Positions 33,601-39,574 of a stretch of 64,000 nt of DNA are shown here, piece after piece; position 1 is the stretch's first letter, and every line of letters begins with the position of its first letter. The translations under genes were made by a program, and so were the position numbers. The notes beneath the pieces were generated by a model that had not been told where the DNA came from, did no database searches, and was given only the letters and a program-made list of their open reading frames with translations. The DNA is from a virus (lineage: Duplodnaviria > Caudoviricetes). The stretch is taken from positions 32,001-96,000 of the IMG/VR virus record IMGVR_UViG_3300028048_000063; one strand, 5' to 3'.

Positions 33601-35213
33601 CCAAAACTTAAAACATCTGCGCTAGGATTATATGTTTCTAAATCTGAAACATGTTGTTGCATAGCTTGTCTTACAGCTTTTTTAAGTAAAGCATCATCGC
33701 TTAGTTTGCTAGTATTATGTGCTTTTAATTTTTCAAATTTTAATTTAATAGCTTCATTGGCTAAAGATTTCGCAATAACACTACTTGCAGCAATTTCTTG
33801 TGCACGTTCTTGATCTAATATAATACCACCATTTTGTATACTAAGTACCAACTCTTTTTGTGCACGTTTTAATCTACTACTTAAAGCATTATATGCTGCT
33901 GGATCTAAAGCCTTGTCAACTGCGTCTCTCTGTTTAGTTAAATCGGCAACTCGCGCCTCTAAAGCATCATGCAATTCTTTTTGTGTAGCTTGAATAAATC
34001 TTGTAGTATCATATGCTTTTGAGTCTGGGTTTACTCCTAATCCACTTTGCTCTCTTTGTGTTAAAAATTTAGCTCCTTTTGTGAAAGCTTTTGAATTTTT
34101 ATCATTAAAGAAATTTTGTTCTGTTAATGTTGTCTGATATCCTTTTCTACTCTGTTTTGGTAGTAAGAAATTTAACATATGTGGCACATTATTTAAATAT
34201 GCCATAGTTAAACCATTAGAGTCAGAAACTGGACCATAGACTAAGTCCATTTTTGCTAATTGACCTAATGTATTTAATACAGGTACAGCCAATCTATAAT
34301 CATTTAGAATTGGCTTAAACTTACTATTACGTTTAATAATTTCATACCCCTTTTTAACACCAGAGGCAGATACAATTAACCCCATCTCGTTTAACAAACG
34401 AGTAGCTTGATCTTTTTTTACAGCTTGTTCAGCAAAGCTACCCTTGCCAGCATAATATTTATCAAGTATACCTTTAAAGAGATCTCCTAAATAAACGCCA
34501 GATTTTATAACGTCTTGTCTTTGTTGGCTTCCTTCTATCTTCATTGCGTCTTCTAGATCTCTCATTGTGGAAGCGTTATATTGAGACATAGCACTACCAA
34601 CATTTATAGCATTTTGAGTGCTGGTATTCATAATACGTTTAAGATCTTTTAATCCTTGGGCTGCTTGTACTTTATTTGCGGACTTAATCATCTTAATAGC
34701 TTCAATATTTTTTTCATATTGAAATTCTTGTAAGATATTATTAAGTGCGACTTCTGTGGCTCCTAATAATTTTAAGTTTCCTTCACCATCTGTTGCTGCT
34801 TGTAAAAGATTATTTCTTTGTTGGTTATTAAAATAAATAGTACCATGAGTATCTATTGGTAAGTTCCAAACTTGCTCTTTGATGCCCAATTTATTATAAA
34901 AGTCTTGATCACCATAAGGAAGAGGAACGAGTTGTAACATTGTGTTGTTTCCAACTTTTTGTGTTCTAACATTTACATCAATCCCGGCATCGTTTAATAT
35001 ATGTAGTACTTCTTCAAGCTTTGCTTTTGCAGATCCGCTACCACGCGTATCTAGTGCTTTTGTTATTATATCGATTTGCGATGAAGTACGTCCAGTATAT
35101 TTGGTCATATCTGTTGCTTTGTCTAAAGCATTTGTACCTTCGAGCGCTTGTCGTATCTCTGGATGTTTCCTAAATAGATCTTCTAGATCTCTATAATTTT
35201 CATTTTCTATCAT
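21675..35213 (-). CDS. Giant tape measure protein fused to an N-terminal two-barrel RNA polymerase and a PD-(D/E)xK nuclease-like domain (4512 aa)
   Basis: NRYPSL (aa 1260) and NADFDGD (aa 1301-1307). Nuclease-like GNIAH/GRID/DIKT/QxxxY at aa ~1767-2022. TP901-type TMP core at aa ~2680-2980 (GATTTEVASSAVEWLRQGY...VVDKLTAID...AGQALKTIISR). Gly/Ala hydrophobic segments, coiled coils and a TMP-type C-terminus (INELGTEAII). Confidence 0.88.
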   Translation of the reverse strand: MIENENYRDLEDLFRKHPEIRQALEGTNALDKATDMTKYTGRTSSQIDIITKALDTRGSGSAKAKLEEVLHILNDAGIDVNVRTQKVGNNTMLQLVPLPYGDQDFYNKLGIKEQVWNLPIDTHGTIYFNNQQRNNLLQAATDGEGNLKLLGATEVALNNILQEFQYEKNIEAIKMIKSANKVQAAQGLKDLKRIMNTSTQNAINVGSAMSQYNASTMRDLEDAMKIEGSQQRQDVIKSGVYLGDLFKGILDKYYAGKGSFAEQAVKKDQATRLLNEMGLIVSASGVKKGYEIIKRNSKFKPILNDYRLAVPVLNTLGQLAKMDLVYGPVSDSNGLTMAYLNNVPHMLNFLLPKQSRKGYQTTLTEQNFFNDKNSKAFTKGAKFLTQREQSGLGVNPDSKAYDTTRFIQATQKELHDALEARVADLTKQRDAVDKALDPAAYNALSSRLKRAQKELVLSIQNGGIILDQERAQEIAASSVIAKSLANEAIKLKFEKLKAHNTSKLSDDALLKKAVRQAMQQHVSDLETYNPSADVLSFGSGLGRPTYNTKKKRYEDQIDAFVNDWLAGNIDKDSGVTSFGILQGYNGKHSAQSMKYVAPGTTVRATGTSINLNELLPYLARVRGHSDDFYMNKSITGIIDKEAVESKNVVNSAIGAMWDAYGRMLTEKNDKGEFIASDRTPAGFINEIKRRLTVKGSTALQDAWDALYKVGNGTVVEQSGPEAIAARGVFKKYFPAFMEAFSTAYNGTSAYKYTQNDKPISLNPEQWFNIINSGLQNTIGIENADDAFLSYMLMGHAGKKYGMPLSKGGMPVRYGYREFNSLMSLINLTEQLSDVDMGDLRKYYRDKSRDTEISRKRYDGMLEYHNMIQEMAEDIDTNESSIRARHGIIYDINDEFLKNINITKLAQDIKNGVYSEEIQSQDSKLPKLDKITGTLLYDIRKKQEEAFLNLSDVERQELIERAGGQAYIDQKVADLEKTDTYGNNKYTKEQLIKIAEMQAGAKYIPVAVKAGDNMMFPNNETAIANDFLLLPAFDFDIRKDAVGDVVNLGATGPGIYSFINNFVADLKNNGVAGTNRKEIATKAAEKVQELRDKELEQLTLKDSSTYDQATKVALGHSFQGKVIDFATIDYDKIMQRQAQAQQAGVPIDVNANLQAYTKNAIVVSRHMMNQLLSPAEGEVEGWSDQLMAYYMDIMGLTKEEVQAQMDTGLQKFVEENKDKEGFDKRLVRSQQGWLKNKIIDSITLGKGTDQSLSRGLAVLLNRYPSLLGDKDVLAAKLLVNPLWGKEKHSIVGGDESLIRLLNADFDGDTLVGALVGAGQLDKVKAMQDTVARLTAYERLFNEGRPKTPDKKTLEDLFPSEEDQARDVILTKTGKAYVGMFSNVRQGFMNAMHDKSSSWGTAEESKFSAASNLLGHFLSIFEQASISAKKMSADEAIGFESQLSDLYAAINDKNTWDSGAKVKNIIKKAQKAGIFKSGRLGLFGDDQAQTRLGILPIAEMLLLAEKFQDQTGYLNGLGSIFGLDGNTLKSILPDLKMNDQHEFIDPKKAEKALSNIKITENSIGNAVDYLNSALKKNPISILGENGKTIKAASLTDIWANKRAILPKAATIYKASENTFFNVGKAAGPNGRFTDEQIQKMIANGAIISDDGKTFWFTQDYLDSVSLKQQELELNEINKQATEQLFNRRSMGLNTMAAYKGFAAKGGSFDFDKSALTPTRILGNTLPYYYNKNHYDYEAQTRDIVDKNLDFGSLEAQKQYLNTFRIIEKGNIAHKIAQDLLESPAELMDIFSKGLFDTITDDEVTKLNEKIGTTLNTKWNKKPNQKDKEDHGGAGVQIKKYFDVMRRYNPTGVASDLLDAENDLKKLGLSLAVNTIRALGLTKTQGGRTTIDAKALKNAKFSSEVGLIGALTDYGRGYGRIDNSIFGWGRRDVGSTYWQSLAAEAAAYQWVPGDTENLSRDNLEKALASVDKSKLSKDEKQVLDKLQTQVKAEQTGRLIWSIGDIKTANKAGAPTGTNILQTMFYASMATGLQGILEETLTNQEKSVLRKIRTDTRTGKGHITQKNQKLLDSLFGAKGSFRGYTDGKSVGKGADIWEALYTLNGGDAKTVQEILTMAGLADDIEIFLNKGAMTGITEASRVDLKRAIQDPFVQEIFARMRKNPSSAIYKDEAEQIQALQHVQQYITSVSSQGSGTTTQLKAQQLAAHKAMVKYRNDALRMNALEDKKADHTITPEEQTELTQLRDNFFTNKGTNGILEALGIVRAGKFASQQDMIKSFTEIGLSDKDAGILVHSLMTDDFDTFKQRFNTVINSSTDNDWKQQHRQGTFGLNKWFKAQKENIKYQKALDELKIKQTGLAKNGRDTSEIDEQITALSDAIALNQVIIDREEAIYGDKSLGGDTTSFKTYKQKLKTIQALQKKQGVYDNLSDLQELYSQKSSLEQRYAIIDKQLNDENAILGPEERSRLELELNNIKNTLDTEINNYIDSYQKNIQKVLATKKGLTQAEKTRLQNILDNIQKSAPNAAYVDQTAEGLTKLGIAQGKTQRQSAAFKAYGGYYEALFNLDKNTESYNRTTDPTQRRLLQIEREELQARLEVAEQEKQNYELQSKHEGKDDQNALEEDKARLLYSERLKVLNNKPGVIDRFEGKIGATVAGLAKGYGLHMVLRRLIQSISKLIAQAIALDKVMANLRIVTGDSKTSTRALITEYANLGKAIGATTTEVASSAVEWLRQGYETAEVLDLVKSSMYLSKLGMMDASTATQSLTSALKGFKLQASESMDVVDKLTAIDMKAATSAGEIAQGLAQFANLGSLAGVNIDQAAAYVATISDVTQMSGSSAGQALKTIISRYGNVKAGAYGKLNVDSESSDESVNINDVERVLNKLGISIRKSNLEFKDFDEVLGEIAEKWGTLDRVSQKAVATAFAGIRQQEAFVTLLQNWDKYEDLLEVSENSKGTAEKKYGNAYQESFEAAKNSFTAALQDFMNRSEVNELLTKIVKFGTKLVELLPKLIKHLVNIFFTIQNFRALSGKSFIAKGLNKILGKDVFGRISDLPQGLNFGSKMRMFLRGEAGVLAKRLTSGGSNNTLTMRQKLQQRIRGFLGTGGQANNVNNTGAVVSTGLNMGTGAKNNTLVNSVFDSKLQYYSDLEKGTPSDHAKAYYQSKFNDTLAAKEKGDLSNLTATDIDRYNTQYANTAKENQLYRTRKIRAWGALLKNRDLKKASQIWNMQQPASVGSIGPGKASKALSPNTFRGKVSANFSKGVAKAGGGGAAAGAAVAGASIALNQVMAGWTAYQMIGQTHKNAEGKDVQSSEAARKQGGKIAQAWTTLVPVVGQIIGEAHAQKVMASIDRVKDSMDTLAEKSSKIVSAMKDISGSVNTLSDIASNDNFSSEKMREAIEAITSTLYNEDNQEARLKIQQKLGGETVYSLLDKYENGNEKERKDAARRLKIAQLQTENEANAKAREAALYKQQNTDISKNKYLAYRKGQKGYDSATGLSNEGKADALSGKNHGGTVAATVGGAAMMAVGTALMATGVGALLGAGLLAGGAVLSTVGSAAIGTKETEAAIAKKQEEEFQEWNAKNVFEKEEDLRNERNQILQDIDNKVEGAEARLTSVDEMLSVISDTTSMILQNIKTTNKERTREAIAQAQFIKDSQTNQWRLATEEERLAGVGSFIDELSDEQKKNIGASTIIKLVADQLLESGALQGYYTFTDKDNPAGDVTEYAKQMIESELSAADEGFEKVLSGKAYTLSETLRQDAADEYVQRRLQNFANALGVSVDELASMESSQGMLKLSEILQSTTEDVTSIEEYGSLMSEIADSTKSATKWMSELVSKYPELIAYMSDTPRLMEQIMKKIGGLIEAGFNSQFSELMNSSAFYEELKTKDDVGYATIKSGINKIRETDAKKAQDIEDLIETIGAENLQKLWDRVLGYDESVSGVTELKQIIKEVGDEYNIVSDAYKEFLQRYAETQSKELEKQLSNLEAQKSALQEINKQREYQNQLIEAQLRLDNALNEKQRVYRAGVGFVYEADQGAIAKAQEDLENVQQNKQISMLEQQTNILQTIKDQWDNMYAEQTLELQRKESEAFEEYILKSGEGGFQNNMTGLASASAATQGSVKKLSDMLEDKFGTQEEQANKAVDEAAKLLLEYENTGTADALLKYQKQAKKAESLGGTMNQIQAAAINQYQGNKDQYSNISYSETEGLTSTFGKQPGEKASVINAGSAKTQTTGLEKYDATVYNLGDKGDWVRTLYDSEQNEATSIANWIVQDIFQDHGGGADAWSGGNGFQTEENAIAFVLNADGTVNHYNLKEVAGYKGRNMWKDYKNLRTPEKLFKQLSQDVSLTSGQQLIIGGMLGGHEYVLVNSDGSYTALKVAKNVGTDWVSGGLVHSDTAKEHKYGTLGINGIQTSLINELGTEAIITPSGTITALPSRTGIVPADITKNLWALGEVAPAILRLIGPSIMPDHIGSSQADVVDESFNINSLTMNVTADGSFDAEAFVDSIKTRANLTKNMRRS

Positions 35214-35241
35214 ACAACTTTTCCTCCTTTATAGACTAAAT

Positions 35242-35270
35242 AAAAAGCCGCTTTTATTCGTAGCGGCTTT
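35242..35270 (-). terminator. Intrinsic terminator just upstream of the TMP gene
   Basis: AAAGCCGCT-N9-AGCGGCTTT-TT. Confidence 0.7.
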
Positions 35271-35301
35271 CTTCATATTTTTATTATTATTTATATATAT
35301 T

Positions 35302-35748
35302 TTATTTTTGATCATCATCTTTTCCTCCTAGTGCATATTTACGATCTATAATATCGTCAATAATATAACAAAAATCGTATTCAGGGAAACCATTAAAGCT
35401 TCCTCCTCCATATTCTTTGCCTTCAAAGACCATGAAATACTGTTGTCCATAGTCATCGTCATATACAGGCACACATAGACCTCTATATTCAAGCATCCTT
35501 ATAGGAGGTTGATCCTGATACAAAAATTCTTTTTCTTCTTCTTTTGTTGCTTCCCTCATAATAGGTTTGAAGTCATCACAATAATACATCTTCATATCTT
35601 CAAACCATTTGTGTACTGCTTCATAATAACCTTCCCAGTACTCTTTCGACGTCTTGTAGAAAGATAGAGTTTTTGGCTCTGTCATTCTTTTTATGTAGTC
35701 GAGTTGGTGTTCGTAGTCACCTAATAAATTTTCAAAATTAAATTCCAT
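35302..35748 (-). CDS. Hypothetical acidic/aromatic protein (148 aa)
   Basis: Start re-called to ATG 35748 (MEFNFENL) with AGGAG SD; the track's longer start runs through a terminator. Confidence 0.7.
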   Translation of the reverse strand: MEFNFENLLGDYEHQLDYIKRMTEPKTLSFYKTSKEYWEGYYEAVHKWFEDMKMYYCDDFKPIMREATKEEEKEFLYQDQPPIRMLEYRGLCVPVYDDDYGQQYFMVFEGKEYGGGSFNGFPEYDFCYIIDDIIDRKYALGGKDDDQK

Positions 35749-35781
35749 AACTCTATCTCCTTTTTTAATTATTTTTATTCT

Positions 35782-35816
35782 AAAAAAATGGTGCCCGCCT
35801 ATGTGACGAACACCAT
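35782..35816 (-). terminator. Intrinsic terminator
   Basis: ATGGTGTTCGTC-N5-GGCGGGCACCAT-TTTTTT; the G-U pairs work on the minus-strand RNA. Confidence 0.75.
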
Positions 35817-35824
35817 GTAATTTT

Positions 35825-36091
35825 TTACCAAGCAATTATAATTGTGTCATCGAAGCTTTCATCATCTGCCATTGGATCAGATGTGACAATATATCCATCT
35901 GCTTTAAGATCGTCTATAATAGACTTTCTTACTTCTGAATCTGTGTCCCAGAAACTCCATCTAGTTCTGTTACGTCCTTCGTTAGCACATTCTCTAATTT
36001 CTCTGTAAATGTGATTTTTTAATGCTTGTGATGCAAGCATTCTTGTTCTTGCTTCTGCTGCTGTTAAGTAGCTTCTTGTTGTTTCTCCCAT
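35825..36091 (-). CDS. Hypothetical protein (88 aa)
   Basis: SD AGGAG; ends L...GY.V...I.W like many small phage proteins. Confidence 0.7.
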   Translation of the reverse strand: MGETTRSYLTAAEARTRMLASQALKNHIYREIRECANEGRNRTRWSFWDTDSEVRKSIIDDLKADGYIVTSDPMADDESFDDTIIIAW

Positions 36092-36155
36092 AACGTTTCT
36101 CCTGCTCTAAAGGGCTAATATACTTATGGCTATATCGCGAACCCTGTTAATTATA

Positions 36156-36599
36156 TTATTTCTTCCAACCGCCAGAGAAGTAGTCAAAAAGATCTCTAAC
36201 CATCTCACCAAATCCAAAGGCCTTTTCAAATTCAGAATCTGGATCAATTGTAATCTTTGTGTCACCATCTGTGTCGGCTGCAAGTATTTCTTCTACTTTA
36301 TCATCTTTCTTATAATACTTATCAGAATATAAGAAATCATCTTCTTTTTCTTTTAACTTATCGTAATTATCGACCCCGTATAATTCAATAAAGTCTGCCT
36401 TCATGTCATCATATTTAAGCTCTGCTTTTGCGATCTTTTCTGCAGCTTCTCTTCTGATTTTATTAATATTATCGCAGGCATCTAATAATTCTTTAAAATC
36501 TTTGTTCATTTGTTCCTCGCCTTCTAATATGGCTTCTGCTTTTAATAGTTCTTCTTCTGTTTTGTAAAATTGTTTTGTTTTTTCTGAATAGTATAACAT
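36156..36599 (-). CDS. Hypothetical protein (147 aa, coiled coil)
   Basis: GGAGG SD; begins YYSEKTKQFYKTEEEL. Confidence 0.72.
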   Translation of the reverse strand: MLYYSEKTKQFYKTEEELLKAEAILEGEEQMNKDFKELLDACDNINKIRREAAEKIAKAELKYDDMKADFIELYGVDNYDKLKEKEDDFLYSDKYYKKDDKVEEILAADTDGDTKITIDPDSEFEKAFGFGEMVRDLFDYFSGGWKK

Positions 36600-36645
36600 T
36601 TTTCATTCCTCCGTTCTGTTTATTTGTTTGTTTATGTAGGTAAGA

Positions 36646-36728
36646 TGGTGAGTCCAGGAGTCCCCGGCGTCCTGGTTCTCTAGTCATATAAACTAGCGTT
36701 CTTAGGGAGATATTTAAACTAACCCACC
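36646..36728 (-). ncRNA. Non-canonical tRNA or tRNA-like RNA (anticodon position ATA)
   Basis: GGTGGGT-TA-GTTT[AAATATCTCCCTAA]GAAC-G-CTAGT[TTATATG]ACTAG-AGAA-CCAGG[ACGCCGGGGACT]CCTGG-ACTCACC-A. All four stems pair, but there is no GG in the D loop, no TTC in the T loop and no encoded CCA. Confidence 0.7.
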
Positions 36729-36742
36729 AGATTACTATTAAT

Positions 36743-36771
36743 ATTATACTGTATATAAAGTTGAAAGTCAA
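36743..36771 (-). promoter_or_regulatory. Sigma-A-type promoter driving the tRNA-like RNA and small-gene island
   Basis: TTGACT-17 nt-TATAAT; -10 box ends 14 nt before the cloverleaf. Confidence 0.85.
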
Positions 36772-36790
36772 CTAGAATTTTCAAATTGAT

Positions 36791-36823
36791 AAAAGTAGGG
36801 GCGGAAAAATCCACCCCTACTTT
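36791..36823 (-). terminator. Intrinsic terminator after the SipW-type protein gene
   Basis: AAAGTAGGGG...CCCCTACTTT-T. Confidence 0.75.
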
Positions 36824-36954
36824 GGTTACCCATAAAATACTCTTACTAATGCTTATTGCCCTCTTATGTAACAGTATCGATAATCCACTATGCTTTTTGC
36901 CCTATATGTAAATTATCTACATTTATATTTTTTAATGGAAAAAAGTTTTAGTTA

Positions 36955-37950
36955 TTATGCTTCTGTCATGACGCCGTTATCCCATGCGTAAAGTTGATCA
37001 TCTGCGTAGTCAAAGAAAATCTTAACGTCTGCACCTGTACCTGCGTTAGCAATAATACATGCGTCATCTGTTCCTTCGATCCAAACAATCAATTTAACTT
37101 GAATAAGATCTTCAAATGGTGTCATAGCTGTTGCACTATCATAGAGTGGTACAATATAATACCAATCACCAGCAGCAACTGTGTGGTGTTCATCAAGAGT
37201 TGATCCAGCTGCGGATACATATGTTCCTGCTGTAACAGTCCCTGTGAAGTTGTTAGATTGTACTTTCCCTGGGTATGCACTCATACCTCTATTTGCGATT
37301 GTATCTGTAATGACAGTTTCAGATGTACCGTCATAGATAGCGAGATAGAAGTGGATAGCTGCTGCCATCTTAATTTGAGTACTTGCTGTTGGTACGATTT
37401 GAAGTGTGAGATAAGCTTGTTTTACACTGTTTGCATTAGAAGCTGTTACTGCTAAATCGAAATCGATATAGTCTTTTTGAACTTCTGCTGCCGCAACAGA
37501 ACTTGTATCTACAACGCTTGCGTCTCCGTTAGCCTTATACCAACTATTTGCTGCGATTGTTGTGCTAGCTGCTGAACCTGTGCCAGAAATGGCTGTTGTT
37601 GTATAGCTGACTGCTTTGCTTGCTCCTATTGTCATGTCAATGTTTTGGCCTGCGTTTTCTGGATCTTGAATTTGGAAATTAAGATTTGTACCCATATAAG
37701 AGTCTCCATTCCATTTTGATCCGTCCCAAACAACATCACCGTATCTATAATCAGTGTATTGTCTTGAAGCTTGAGCTGTTGTTGTGCCTAAAGCACCAAT
37801 AATCAAACCATCAGCTGCTGTGGCTTCTAAACGGATAGATTCTACAGTTGCGCTTGCTGTAGCACTAAACCATGCATAGGTTGCGGTAGTTAAAGATACT
37901 GCTAACACTAGTACCATAACTATCGTTGCGATTGTTAAACTTTTCTTCAT
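36955..37950 (-). CDS. Secreted protein with SipW-type signal peptide (TasA/CalY-like)
   Basis: MKKSLTIATIVMVLVLAVSLTTATYAWF; Ala/Thr beta-rich body; C-terminal VKLIVWIEGTD. Confidence 0.75.
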   Translation of the reverse strand: MKKSLTIATIVMVLVLAVSLTTATYAWFSATASATVESIRLEATAADGLIIGALGTTTAQASRQYTDYRYGDVVWDGSKWNGDSYMGTNLNFQIQDPENAGQNIDMTIGASKAVSYTTTAISGTGSAASTTIAANSWYKANGDASVVDTSSVAAAEVQKDYIDFDLAVTASNANSVKQAYLTLQIVPTASTQIKMAAAIHFYLAIYDGTSETVITDTIANRGMSAYPGKVQSNNFTGTVTAGTYVSAAGSTLDEHHTVAAGDWYYIVPLYDSATAMTPFEDLIQVKLIVWIEGTDDACIIANAGTGADVKIFFDYADDQLYAWDNGVMTEA

Positions 37951-38038
37951 AATTTTATCCCCTTGTTTTTTTATTATACGAGAATATTTCTATCCTCGTA
38001 TTTTTTTATTTACAAAATTGAATAAAAATTATATTTGT

Positions 38039-39238
38039 TTAATTTTTTTGATATAAATAATAATTAAAGTTTGGATCGTATTCGTTATTAAGATTGTCAA
38101 TAATATCTCTAAAATATGGATAATCTGTAGCTTTAGCTTTTTCTATGAAATATTTATTTGCTTGAGCTTCAGCAACAGTTTCTCCACAATTGTTTACAGA
38201 CTCAAAAAAGTCACCCTTATAATAATAATTATCTGCAGGACATTCTTCACAACTATGTATAATAGGACATCCTTGACATTGATAATTGTTATGTGCAGAG
38301 ATTCTATTTAAAAAATCTGTGACAAAATCCATATCTAATGTTTTATTGAAAATATTTCCAATTGGCCTATATTTATCTTGTAAACTTGATTCAGATAATC
38401 TAAAACAATTATATAAGTTACCATATACGTCTATAGCTATCTGTACACCTGTCATTCCGCAACTTGAATATTCTTTAACTGAATTATAATTATACGTAAA
38501 AGGAGTTATAATAAAAGGAATTTTATTATCAAGTATCCAATCTGCAACCTTAATTAACTCATTTTTATATTGCTCACACTCTACAGGTGTAATTTCTTGT
38601 GTAATATCTAGATTCATTCTTGCTCTTTGATATCCTAATGAATATAAATATTTACAAGAATCTAAAATATATTTGAAAGTTTCTGGCGTAAATGTCATTT
38701 TACTGTTTGGGACGTCACCTATTCTTTCTTTCTCTGCTTTTACAGCTCTATCTACATCATAAAAACTCGGCCTACCATCTTTATATCTTCTGCACTTATC
38801 ATGACATTCTTCACATCCGTCTATTGTGATTGGGGCAGAGATCTTTTCTTTATATTTATTCAAAAAATGTTGTACATCTTCGTTAAAATATGTTGTACCA
38901 TTTGTCTCTAATACTATACGGGTTTTATAAAACCATTTTACTAAACGGTGTTTAGCACACTCTCTAAACCAATAATCCGTTATAGATTCTACTAAATCCA
39001 TATACAATGTTATCTCTCCACCAATAAAATCTAGCTCCACTTCTGTATCGTTATCAATTTCATTGTTTTGTTCGAAATAAGGTCGTAAAAAACTTTCGCC
39101 TGTTGTTTTATATGATATAACTTCGTCTATGAGTTTTGTGGCCGTTGTAAGTTGTATGACTTTATTTTTTTTAAATTCATAACAATAGGTACATGCCATA
39201 TTGCATTCTTCTGTTATATGAAAAGTTACTCTAAACAT
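38039..39238 (-). CDS. Radical SAM/SPASM peptide or protein maturase (resembles the CXXX-repeat-target family)
   Basis: CNMACTYC, FIGGE, TNG, ITIDG...HD..R; SPASM CG...GNLYNC and CQGC-x5-CEEC...C. Confidence 0.9.
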   Translation of the reverse strand: MFRVTFHITEECNMACTYCYEFKKNKVIQLTTATKLIDEVISYKTTGESFLRPYFEQNNEIDNDTEVELDFIGGEITLYMDLVESITDYWFRECAKHRLVKWFYKTRIVLETNGTTYFNEDVQHFLNKYKEKISAPITIDGCEECHDKCRRYKDGRPSFYDVDRAVKAEKERIGDVPNSKMTFTPETFKYILDSCKYLYSLGYQRARMNLDITQEITPVECEQYKNELIKVADWILDNKIPFIITPFTYNYNSVKEYSSCGMTGVQIAIDVYGNLYNCFRLSESSLQDKYRPIGNIFNKTLDMDFVTDFLNRISAHNNYQCQGCPIIHSCEECPADNYYYKGDFFESVNNCGETVAEAQANKYFIEKAKATDYPYFRDIIDNLNNEYDPNFNYYLYQKN

Positions 39239-39563
39239 TTATAGTATCCTCCTCATCTTTTAAATAAACTTCTATATCACCATTAACTCGACCATGAATA
39301 TAAATAATTTTATAATCAATTAAATTATCGCCATAATAAAAGATCATAAGATTATGTATTCTGTCTAAATTATTGTTTATTCGATTGACACAATTCTCTC
39401 TTTCTGCAATCAAATCTGAAATAATATTATCTATACATAAATCCGCATATTCTTCTTGTGTTAAAGCATTTACTAAATCTGTTGTTACATCTATGTTATA
39501 AATATCTTGTTCACAAAAATCATTGATTAAATCATTTGTCATTTTGTATATAACTGTCTTCAT
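39231..39563 (-). CDS. Small acidic accessory protein of the rSAM operon
   Basis: Overlaps the rSAM start by 8 nt. ATG 39563 with a G-rich SD (track start 39569). Size and position match CXXX-repeat modification accessory proteins. Confidence 0.6.
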   Translation of the reverse strand: MKTVIYKMTNDLINDFCEQDIYNIDVTTDLVNALTQEEYADLCIDNIISDLIAERENCVNRINNNLDRIHNLMIFYYGDNLIDYKIIYIHGRVNGDIEVYLKDEEDTINV

Positions 39564-39574
39564 ACACACCCCCC

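Noticed and set aside
35749-35835. N-terminal extension of the 177-aa ORF
   Set aside because: It crosses a terminator and the previous gene's stop; a better ATG with SD lies at 35748.
36493-36771. 92-aa minus-strand ORF
   Set aside because: It starts on the -35 TTG of a promoter, runs through the tRNA-like RNA and overlaps the next gene out of frame.
36849-36911. Mini CRISPR array or c-di-GMP riboswitch
   Set aside because: Only two imperfect repeats with an 18-nt gap; apart from GGGCAA the riboswitch consensus is absent.
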